In this document: piece after piece, positions 9,227 to 16,634 of the stretch
Layout: each line of letters opens with the position of its first letter
How positions within the stretch are numbered: position 1 is the first letter of the stretch
DNA from: Candidatus Bathyarchaeota archaeon
GTDB lineage: Archaea; Thermoproteota; Bathyarchaeia; Bathyarchaeales; Bathycorpusculaceae
Assembly: GCA_963733095.1 (NCBI GenBank)
Contig: CAVTBV010000007.1
Location: 109,665-173,664 of the forward strand
Reading direction: 5' to 3'
Length of the DNA: 64,000 bases
The notes under the pieces: generated by a model
What the model was told of the DNA's origin: nothing
The model's input: the letters and a program-made list of their open reading frames with translations, nothing else
Databases searched by the model: none
Program-made: the position numbers and the translations under genes

Positions 9227-10429
9227 TTATGGGATTTCAGGGTTGCTGATGCATCTTGACGCCCACGGCATTAGTGTGTATGAAAAGAGTGGATTGCCTA
9301 AGTGGGTGCAGTTGTTTCCGCTTTGGGCATGCGGGTTGTCTTTGTAGAAACCGCTTGGTTCCATTACGGTATTTGCAGTTCCCGTTCCTGTCATTGGAGG
9401 ATAAGTTGGAACTCCTGGGTGTTGTAAGCCCATTACGTGTCCCAGCTCATGAGCTAGGTGATTGATGTTTATAGCTCCAAGATAGGCGCCCGGATTGTTT
9501 GGGTCAGGTACTCTGAGCTGTGCATCGCATGTTACGATTTGGGCGTTGGCTGTACCTGAGCCAAAGGTTGCTCCTCCTCCCCAGTTAGCGTAGAAATACT
9601 GATTCATGCTATCAGCTACAAACACTTCTATAGCGTTAGATTGAGTTACTTCGTTTCTTAAGTTATCAATTTCAGTCGCAGTATCTAAAACTTTGTAGTT
9701 AGCCTTGTTAACATAGACTGGAGGGAGAACGTTGAAGAAAATACAGCATTTTCTCCACATACACTTAGCGGCTTGCATCAATGTGTCAAACGACCAGCCA
9801 GTAGGGCTCGCATCGGTTGGTCCTGATCTGATGAAAACAGGTTGAATCGGAAGAGTCTTAAAAAAAGCAAAGGCTATGATGACTGTTCCCACGATGGATA
9901 CATTTTGGACAACTATTTGAGTTACCCATGGGAACTCTTGCGCCTTCAAATCTAAACTTAAGGTAATCGGTACTCTCATTTCTTTGGTAGGTTCCCTCAT
10001 TGGAAAACTCAATTTTTCCCCAAATTTTCCTTGGATCTTGCCCATTATTGTATCGACGAAAGGAACAAAATAGTCCAAGTCTTTTCCTTCAGATTTTCTG
10101 TAGCCTTTTGATTTATCGATTAGCGGATAATGCAGATTCATTTGGAAGGATACTTCAAATGTTCCGTCCGGAGAATATTTTGCTACCGATGGGTTTCTTA
10201 AGTTAAGTGAAATTTGTCCCGAATCTCCCTCTTTGGCCTCTACAGTTGACGCAATAAGATTTGCTTCATCGAGGGTAAGTTTAGGCGTTTCTTTGTCGTT
10301 TGAAATAGAAAATAGCAGTTCACCGTTAATTTGAGATTTTTGTTTTCCCTTGTTTGTGATTACGAATGCGGATGCATTTACGAGTTTTGCTATCAGATGA
10401 TTTTGTTTTGTTGTTGACATGTTTTTCAC
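9227..10429 (-). CDS. Metzincin zinc metalloprotease with unknown N-terminal domain
   Basis: HELGHVMGLQH (HExxHxxGxxH) plus downstream Met-turn NTVMEP; no obvious signal peptide. Confidence 0.8.
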   Translation of the reverse strand: MKNMSTTKQNHLIAKLVNASAFVITNKGKQKSQINGELLFSISNDKETPKLTLDEANLIASTVEAKEGDSGQISLNLRNPSVAKYSPDGTFEVSFQMNLHYPLIDKSKGYRKSEGKDLDYFVPFVDTIMGKIQGKFGEKLSFPMREPTKEMRVPITLSLDLKAQEFPWVTQIVVQNVSIVGTVIIAFAFFKTLPIQPVFIRSGPTDASPTGWSFDTLMQAAKCMWRKCCIFFNVLPPVYVNKANYKVLDTATEIDNLRNEVTQSNAIEVFVADSMNQYFYANWGGGATFGSGTANAQIVTCDAQLRVPDPNNPGAYLGAININHLAHELGHVMGLQHPGVPTYPPMTGTGTANTVMEPSGFYKDNPHAQSGNNCTHLGNPLFSYTLMPWASRCISNPEIP

Positions 10430-10503
10430 CTCGATTTATTTTATAAAAAAACCTCATTTATTATTAGATATTTCTTAATATATAAAGAATAACTTGTTCA
10501 AAA

Positions 10504-10517
10504 GTGTAAATTTACAC
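10504..10517. promoter_or_regulatory. Perfect 14-bp palindrome, putative operator in divergent promoter
   Basis: GTGTAAATTTACAC between the divergent 9227-10429 and 10646-11518 genes. Confidence 0.5.
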
Positions 10518-10645
10518 GGTTATTTTAATAGTTTTTTTGATGATGCTGAAATTACGCTTATAAACTGAAGCACTTAATTTATCGCTTGATTTATTATTTA
10601 GAAACGCTTAAGAGTTAAGAGAACAATAAATTATTTGGTGTTTTT

Positions 10646-11518
10646 ATGCCAAATTCAGTACAGGTGACAATCGATATTTTTAGCGGTCGACCCAATCCAG
10701 TACTAGAGTTTAAAGACCAAGAAGCCAAAACCATTTTAGACAAACTGCAACCAGGAAAAAAAATAATCGCCCAAAAACCACTCCCCTCCGAACCTATACT
10801 AGGATACAGAGGAATGATAATAAATCAAATCGGAGAACAGACCAAAGATTTGCCACAGACTTTTCGAGTCGCCAACGGAGAGCTTTTCGGCACCAATCTA
10901 GCCCATAAAGCAAAGGACGAAACTTTTGAAGACTTCATATGCGGCACAAACCAAGCGAAAAAAATGGAAGAACCTCTATGCCGAATTATGAAGGAGCAAA
11001 TCAAGAATTTCCACGAAATAAGAGAAAAATGGGTCCATGAGAAAATAGTCTGGCCTCCCCACACGAATCCTTGCAAATGCGCGCCCCTATATGAGCCAAC
11101 ATGGTGGAATGTCCCTGCTATTCAGCCATACAACAACTGCTACAACTATGGCACTAATTATCGTTCAAACACTTTTGCACAGCCAGGCCGTTCAGGAGGA
11201 GCCATGTACACATCTTTAACTTGTGCCTCAGTAAAACCAGCAGCATTAAAAGACGACCTAATCGATAGTCCTACCCAAGAAAATGCTTGCCCCAAAGAAG
11301 GACATTTGGTTGCACTAGTAATATGGCCCAATTATGATTTTCATTGGTATCGCAAGGGTCAAAACGGGTATTGGTCTCATAAGCCTGGAGGTACTGCAGT
11401 AACCAACGTCGATAACAGCGGACATCTGATTCTTGATCCAAGGAATGCTAACAGAGGGGGATACACCGATTTCTGCGGATTCATGGTTGTCAAAGATGGA
11501 CACATCAAAATCAGCTAA
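10646..11518 (+). CDS. Papain/transglutaminase-fold Cys hydrolase with N-terminal FSGRPNP domain
   Basis: NNCYNY (putative catalytic Cys), DFHWYR (His) and WSHKPG motifs. Confidence 0.6.
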   Translation: MPNSVQVTIDIFSGRPNPVLEFKDQEAKTILDKLQPGKKIIAQKPLPSEPILGYRGMIINQIGEQTKDLPQTFRVANGELFGTNLAHKAKDETFEDFICGTNQAKKMEEPLCRIMKEQIKNFHEIREKWVHEKIVWPPHTNPCKCAPLYEPTWWNVPAIQPYNNCYNYGTNYRSNTFAQPGRSGGAMYTSLTCASVKPAALKDDLIDSPTQENACPKEGHLVALVIWPNYDFHWYRKGQNGYWSHKPGGTAVTNVDNSGHLILDPRNANRGGYTDFCGFMVVKDGHIKIS

Positions 11519-11846
11519 AAACCAAAAATGCGTCGGCGGTGCGCTGGTGTTTTCTGGCCGCGAAAACCCCAAATGGGAGATTGAGAAAGAACTCTATTCG
11601 GAGTTAATGGCAATCTGGGATTCACTAAAACCTATACAAAGTGTTAATCCAACTACTCCTAGACTGGGCTATCAAGGCTGCTTCTTAAGATGCCCAAACG
11701 ACAAGGAATGGATTGCATTTGAGGGGTTAGTTACACTAAAAACGCTAAAGTTATCAGTATACCGTGAAGATAAATATCGGAAATTTGAAAAAAAAATACT
11801 TTCCTCCGCTCCGAAAGATACCCTCCCTCCCTTTTTATTTGAATAA
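11496..11846 (+). CDS. Stand-alone paralog of the upstream gene's N-terminal domain (putative inhibitor/chaperone)
   Basis: VFSGRENPKW...PRLGYQGCFL versus IFSGRPNPVL...PILGYRGMII; ATG at 11496 overlaps the upstream stop region. Confidence 0.7.
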   Translation: MDTSKSAKNQKCVGGALVFSGRENPKWEIEKELYSELMAIWDSLKPIQSVNPTTPRLGYQGCFLRCPNDKEWIAFEGLVTLKTLKLSVYREDKYRKFEKKILSSAPKDTLPPFLFE

Positions 11847-11929
11847 AGTGCCTTTAGGTCGTTGAGGCAACTGTCGAAACCATTCTGTTTCCCTTGTCTA
11901 TCGTTTTTAAGAGCCAATTCTTTGCAATT

Positions 11930-12040
11930 TTTTTGTTGGCAACCTTAGCCACTGCAGGTAAAGCAGGTTTTTGGGCATACAAATTTTTTTCGCCAGCGGA
12001 GCTCAGATTCGTTGCAAAGCTTGCTTAACCAAGAAACTTG
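11930..12040. repeat. Dispersed repeat family A, copy 1
   Basis: Core CAAATTT(T)TTCGCCAGCGGAGCTCAGATT also at about 24325 and 30837; tail GCAAAGCTTGCTTAACCAAGAAACTTG also at about 15630. Confidence 0.75.
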
Positions 12041-12054
12041 CATGCAGCCGGGTA

Positions 12055-12232
12055 GCGAAACTTACTCGCTCATACAACGGCAACTAGAACAGTTCTTCTT
12101 TCCCAACCTTCCCCAGACACACAGCTACGCACACAACCGCAACCAAAACCTAACCCAAAGCCCAAACAAAAAAAGCAACCCAAAACAAACCCCCCATCCT
12201 GCAAAAAAAACCGTGTTGTTGTTCTAGCAGAC
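12055..12232. repeat. Dispersed C/A-rich repeat family C, copy 1
   Basis: CAACTAGAACA...CCCAACCTTCCCCAGACACACAGC...GCAACCCAAAACAAACCCC...GTTGTTGTTCT shared with 14940-15133. Confidence 0.85.
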
Positions 12233-12282
12233 AGAACCTTGTAACTCAAAAAACCCGGCGCTCCTTTAGAAGCGAGCACCAA

Positions 12283-12684
12283 TTATTCCATTTGGTCAAT
12301 TGGAATTGCGACTTTGCACTTCTTAAGCAAATCTTTGTCCTGCGTTACTAATTTCATATTTTGCCTTTCAGCAATGTATGCATACGAAGCATCATAGAAC
12401 GTGAGGTTCCGTTCTATAGCAATCGCCAGAACATCAGCGATAGAATCTATCGTCATCTTTTGCAATGGAGCGAGGGCATCAGAAAAAATCGTTGCAACCC
12501 TGCTGGGATCCTTGAGTTTTTCTTGTTTATTTTCCCGCCATAGCACATTACCAACTTCAAATTCAATAAGTGAACTCACAGCGCACTCCTCGACACTGAA
12601 GGGAATACCTGAGATAAGCATCGGATAGAGCGCTGAGGTATCTATGAGGTACTTACATCTCTTGTCTTGTCGCTGTGACATCAT
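12283..12684 (-). CDS. vapC: PIN-domain toxin (VapC)
   Basis: YLIDTS, EVGN, LTFYDASY, LVTQD. Confidence 0.9.
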   Translation of the reverse strand: MMSQRQDKRCKYLIDTSALYPMLISGIPFSVEECAVSSLIEFEVGNVLWRENKQEKLKDPSRVATIFSDALAPLQKMTIDSIADVLAIAIERNLTFYDASYAYIAERQNMKLVTQDKDLLKKCKVAIPIDQME

Positions 12685-12880
12685 CGACCCATTCCTGAGG
12701 TTTAACGTTCATGAGCTCTTTGAGTTCCTTTGCGATTCGCTGGGCATTTGTTTTCTTCTCGGCTACGAGTTCCTCAAGGGTTTTCTCCACAGCCAATCTT
12801 AAGTCGATCCCTAGCTTTTCAGCTTCAAGTTTTAGGCTTTTCTTGACCCTTACAGATAATACTTCGGTCAACAGTTCCAC
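12653..12880 (-). CDS. vapB: VapB-type antitoxin (RHH-like); ORF track extends to 12958
   Basis: TEVLSVRVKKSLKLEAEKLGID; overlaps vapC start. Confidence 0.8.
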   Translation of the reverse strand: MELLTEVLSVRVKKSLKLEAEKLGIDLRLAVEKTLEELVAEKKTNAQRIAKELKELMNVKPQEWVDDVTATRQEM

Positions 12881-12881
12881 C

Positions 12882-12909
12882 CGTATACAAAAATAATAAT
12901 CTGTATACG
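12882..12909. promoter_or_regulatory. Inverted-repeat operator of vapBC-1
   Basis: CGTATACA-N12-TGTATACG immediately upstream of the antitoxin. Confidence 0.6.
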
Positions 12910-12990
12910 ACAAATATAAGAATACTGCAAAGAAGACGTGACCTCTTTTTTCAAACAAACCATTTGCTAATCAAAAGGTTAAAAAAAATA

Positions 12991-13431
12991 TTAAACGTCG
13001 AACGGATAATCCTTGATATGTGTCACTTTAAAGTGTTCCTTGGCTTTTTCAAACAATTTGTTGTCTGCTGTAATCAGTTCTGCGCCTATTTTTTCGCAAA
13101 GAAAAAGATAAGCTGCATCATAAATCGCAATATCAATCTTGCAGGCAATTGCTAAGCTCTGGGAAACATCGGTCCAATCTAATTCATAAAGCCTTAGTTG
13201 AGTATCCTGCAAGAATTTGAGTGCCTCTTGAGCATCAGTCTGCTGGATTCTTCTTTGTTTAACCGCTATCCACAATGCGTTTGCTGTTTCTTGTGTAATA
13301 AATGACGGCGCGAACAGCTGAACTTCGCCGCTGAGGAAATTGTGTTTTAGTTTATCTGCGTTTTCCTGATAAATTTCATCGGGCAAAACCCATTTCAAGA
13401 CTACGCTTGCATCTATGATACAGTTAAGCAT
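12991..13431 (-). CDS. vapC: PIN-domain toxin (VapC)
   Basis: IIDASVVLKW, ETANA, IYDAAY, LITAD. Confidence 0.9.
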   Translation of the reverse strand: MLNCIIDASVVLKWVLPDEIYQENADKLKHNFLSGEVQLFAPSFITQETANALWIAVKQRRIQQTDAQEALKFLQDTQLRLYELDWTDVSQSLAIACKIDIAIYDAAYLFLCEKIGAELITADNKLFEKAKEHFKVTHIKDYPFDV

Positions 13432-13438
13432 GCTGCTC

Positions 13439-13663
13439 TCACATCAGGCCTTCTCGAATCCAACCAAGAATCTCTTCATTAGTTGCTGGCTTTGACCGTT
13501 TTCTTATTTGGTCAAGCTTTTCAAAAGCTTCTCGTTTCTTTTGTTCATCAATTTTAGTCTGCAAGCATTCTCTGATATATTGGCTCCAGTTTAGCTCAAT
13601 TTTCTTCATGTCTTTTTTCATTGCTCTGGGAATTTTCACGGTGATCACATCGATTTCGTCCAT
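13439..13663 (-). CDS. vapB: VapB-type antitoxin
   Basis: VITVKIPRAMKKDMKKIELNWSQYIR, RHH-like; upstream of vapC. Confidence 0.8.
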   Translation of the reverse strand: MDEIDVITVKIPRAMKKDMKKIELNWSQYIRECLQTKIDEQKKREAFEKLDQIRKRSKPATNEEILGWIREGLM

Positions 13664-13684
13664 GACCCAATAGTATTCCCTCAA

Positions 13685-13707
13685 AGTATATATCAACAAT
13701 ATATACT
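13685..13707. promoter_or_regulatory. Inverted-repeat operator/TATA region of vapBC-2
   Basis: AGTATATAT-N5-ATATATACT. Confidence 0.6.
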
Positions 13708-13954
13708 AAAGAATTACACACCTATAGATTTTTCGTTTTAGGCTAACTGCCTGCTTTTTAGTCCTCTATTTCGACTAATGGACCTTAAGCGGCCATCTAG
13801 TCCACGACCGCTCATCTTTCAACATTCTCATCGAAAAACTAATGACCGGCTTCTAAATTTCCATACTAAACTAATTAAAAAAAACACATAGAAATAGTAT
13901 TCAACAAATTCTTCAACGGAATATGCCTGATTATTTCGTCAAGCAACAAAAACA

Positions 13955-14012
13955 CTCCGCCTCCCCCCAACCTTCCCAAGACGCACACAAACGCAACCAA
14001 AACTTGTCCATA
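13955..14012. repeat. Repeat family C, partial copy
   Basis: TCCGCCTCCCCCCAACCTTCCCAAGACGCACACAAACGCAACCAAAAC. Confidence 0.65.
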
Positions 14013-14109
14013 AGCCTAAATCAAAAAGGCAGCCTAAAGCAAGTCCCCAAATTTTCGCGCAGCAATACGTTTTTTATAATCAGCCTAATGAGAGGAAAAA
14101 ATCAATCGT

Positions 14110-14535
14110 CTATAAGGTCGGCAGTTTAACTATGCCGTCTATGTTGCTGAAGTGCTCATCGAACGTGTATATTTCGTCGATATCGTTTTGTCGCATTCTA
14201 TCAACGGCTAACGCATCGTTTGGTTCAAGCTTTAAGTCGTTACCAATTTCAGCCGCGGCAAAATACGCATCTTTAGTTACATCAAGGATTCTTACATTAT
14301 CTAACATAAAGAGCCCCAAAATCAACGACGTTAGCTGATCTTGAGGCATGCCATTTTTAAGAATGTTAACAATTTCCGAAACATGTACAACTGTTGTAGT
14401 GACTTGTTCTTCGCCTGATGAAACCCTTCTGATTATTTCTTTCGCTTGATCTTTCATAGCCTCTTCTTTTTCGGTTAAAGTCTTCTTCGGTCTATAATAG
14501 GCATAGACAAAAACGTTTGCATCCAAGAACCTCAT
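14110..14535 (-). CDS. vapC: PIN-domain toxin (VapC)
   Basis: MRFLDANVFVY, VSEI, PNDALA, IYTFDEHF. Confidence 0.9.
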   Translation of the reverse strand: MRFLDANVFVYAYYRPKKTLTEKEEAMKDQAKEIIRRVSSGEEQVTTTVVHVSEIVNILKNGMPQDQLTSLILGLFMLDNVRILDVTKDAYFAAAEIGNDLKLEPNDALAVDRMRQNDIDEIYTFDEHFSNIDGIVKLPTL

Positions 14536-14795
14536 ACAGAGTCCTCGGACACTTTCTTCTCAAATTCGCTCCAACTGCCAATCGACTTGACACCCAAATC
14601 AACTTTATCAAAGCACTCGGTCAAATCTACCCGTCGCTTTGGAACCAATTTTAGGTAGCCTTTCCGCTTGATTACGTACAGTTCTCTGGTTTCACCGATT
14701 TCAGATTCACGCCAATCAGCAGGCAAGATAAGACGTCCCTGAGCATCCACCTTTTTGATTTCCACACCACTTTCCAAGTTTTCCACCACAAACAC
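14532..14795 (-). CDS. AbrB/MraZ-type antitoxin
   Basis: KKVDAQGRLILPADWR swapped-hairpin motif; ATGA overlap with toxin. Confidence 0.8.
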   Translation of the reverse strand: MFVVENLESGVEIKKVDAQGRLILPADWRESEIGETRELYVIKRKGYLKLVPKRRVDLTECFDKVDLGVKSIGSWSEFEKKVSEDSV

Positions 14796-14939
14796 TGATA
14801 GCCATCCACTCTAAAAAACTTTCACAGCCAACAACCCCAAAAATAACAGAGAACTTCATGCAACGTAATACACCCCATATTTTTGATGACTTGATTAGGA
14901 TAGAAAGTTCTAGAATTACATGCAAAAATCAGCTTCTTG

Positions 14940-15133
14940 GCGAAACTTGCGCGCAAATAGAGCGACAACTAGAACAATCCGCCACCCCCAACCGTCCCCA
15001 ACCTTCCCCAGACACACAGCGACGCACACAACCGCAACCAGAAAAAGCTGCAAAGCCCAAGCAAAAAAAGCAACCCAAAACAAACCCCTCATCATGCAAA
15101 AAAAACCGCGTTGTTGTTCTTCTATCAGACAAA
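14940..15133. repeat. Repeat family C, copy 2
   Basis: Colinear similarity to 12055-12232. Confidence 0.85.
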
Positions 15134-15226
15134 AAAGTTAGAAGGATTCTATGGTTACTCCTTTAGCTTTCAACACTCTAATCTTCTCAGCAGCGGTTTT
15201 TGTGGCCTTTTGAAAATGCATCCACA

Positions 15227-15451
15227 CTATTCCAAAACCAAACTAAAAACTTGGGCAACTAAGTAGTCTTCTCTGGCGTCTGCTTCTTTTTGCGTTAAAC
15301 CATACTTCATTTGATCCGCCAGCACATGTTTCTGGATTGCGTTTCCCAAAGCATTCAAATCAGGCAATAGAAGAATCTCATAACCGCAGGTACACTTCAA
15401 AACAGGCAAATTATCCTTCAACGAATGCTTTTTTGGGTCTTTCGGTTCCAT
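15227..15451 (-). CDS. Small hypothetical protein, possible metal-binding (CxCG...H)
   Basis: LKCTCGYEILLLPDL...KH. Confidence 0.55.
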   Translation of the reverse strand: MEPKDPKKHSLKDNLPVLKCTCGYEILLLPDLNALGNAIQKHVLADQMKYGLTQKEADAREDYLVAQVFSLVLE

Positions 15452-15675
15452 TAATTTACCATATCCAAGACAACTGTACGTTCTTCATCAATTAAAGGCA
15501 AGTTCCAAAACCTGTAATATGTCAAAAAAAATAAATGAAATAGCTTTAAAATAAAATAGACCTTAGGTCTTTTCTACAGCTTATTAATTCCGCAAACAGC
15601 GATTGACGCATTTTTTGCATTACACCCATGCAAAAGCTTGCTTAACCAAGAAACTTGACGGTTTATTCAAAATCT

Positions 15676-16083
15676 TTAGCTTATCCATAGGGTTTCGGGT
15701 AAGTCTTTGAAGTGCTCGTCTCCGGTTAGAACTTTGCATTGATTTATTCTAGCTGTTGCAAGGACTATAGCGTCGAATAGGCTGGGTGGGTTTTGTTTGG
15801 ATCTTTTTGATTTTTCCACAAGTTCAAGGTGGCATTTTGCTGCTTCCAGAGCTAATGCTGAATCGATTTGGGTTATGTTTGAAGCCGCGTTGATCATGTC
15901 AAGCCATTCTGCGACTGTACTTTCATCGTTGCCTTCTCTTAGAAATTTTCGGGCGCTCTCAGCTAACACAATACTTGGAGTATAGACTTCTTCTGCGTTT
16001 TCAAGAATTTCCACCACTTTCTTGCCTTTTTCGCTTCCAAGCAGCAGCTCAACCCATGCATACGTGTCAATTACGATCTTCAC
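15676..16083 (-). CDS. vapC: PIN-domain toxin (VapC)
   Basis: VIDTYAWVE, LAES, LFDAIVLA, LTGDEHF. Confidence 0.9.
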   Translation of the reverse strand: MKIVIDTYAWVELLLGSEKGKKVVEILENAEEVYTPSIVLAESARKFLREGNDESTVAEWLDMINAASNITQIDSALALEAAKCHLELVEKSKRSKQNPPSLFDAIVLATARINQCKVLTGDEHFKDLPETLWIS

Positions 16084-16276
16084 CGCGGTCTGCCTCAGTA
16101 TATGGTTTTAAACGGTTCTTTGCGGCGCCAAAGCCTTTGGTTAATGCAGCTTTTCGCTGTTTTTTGACCAGTAACTGAATTGTTTCGTCGAGATTTTGAG
16201 CGTCAAGTTTCTCTCTTAAATTTTCGAGTACTTGAGCAGTTTTTTTTGAAACACGAATGGTTGTCGTATCATTCAT
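16067..16276 (-). CDS. vapB: VapB-type antitoxin
   Basis: TTTIRVSKKTAQVLENLR; overlaps toxin start. Confidence 0.8.
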   Translation of the reverse strand: MNDTTTIRVSKKTAQVLENLREKLDAQNLDETIQLLVKKQRKAALTKGFGAAKNRLKPYTEADRGEDRN

Positions 16277-16295
16277 TAAATCTACCCCTCTACAC

Positions 16296-16319
16296 ATATA
16301 CAAATATACAAATATACAA
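16296..16319. promoter_or_regulatory. Three tandem ATATACAA repeats, putative operator of vapBC-4
   Basis: (ATATACAA)x3 directly upstream of the antitoxin start. Confidence 0.5.
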
Positions 16320-16345
16320 TCTGTTAGTTAAACCTTGCAGGCCAC

Positions 16346-16410
16346 CTTTCTATGAAACAACATACCCCCTAATTCTTCGACAAAGATCTGCTAGAAAGGG
16401 TCTAGAGTTA
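16346..16410. repeat. Dispersed repeat family D
   Basis: CTTTCTAT.AA.CAACAT..CCC.TA....TTGA.AAA....GCTAGAAA also at about 25588 and 35259. Confidence 0.65.
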
Positions 16411-16634
16411 CTTCCATAGTGTAGCCTTCAAGGTCCAACTTTCTATCCTGCAGCAAAACCACATTCACCTTCGGAATCGAAATTCTTCCATCCATTGTCA
16501 TTCTTGCCAAAAAAACCCGTGCAACAAACAACTATCAACAAAATAGAGATCAAAAATTTATCAGGCGACGCAGAGCATTATTTCTTATTCGGATCAAGAC
16601 AAAAAAAGGGAAAGATTGGTTTAGTTTGGTATTT

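Noticed and set aside
11960-12010. Repeat A as a relic of a hepT gene (both read SELRWR on the minus strand)
   Set aside because: The similarity is limited to about six codons and the Rx4HxY motif is absent; probably chance.
12055-15133. Canonical integron attC sites
   Set aside because: No RYYYAAC/GTTRRRY ends with long internal dyad symmetry, and no integrase in the window.
12012-15166. ORFs 12012-12227, 12070-12282, 13923-14129, 14858-15166, 14920-15141, 14929-15132
   Set aside because: They are low-complexity translations of repeat family C, open in several frames.
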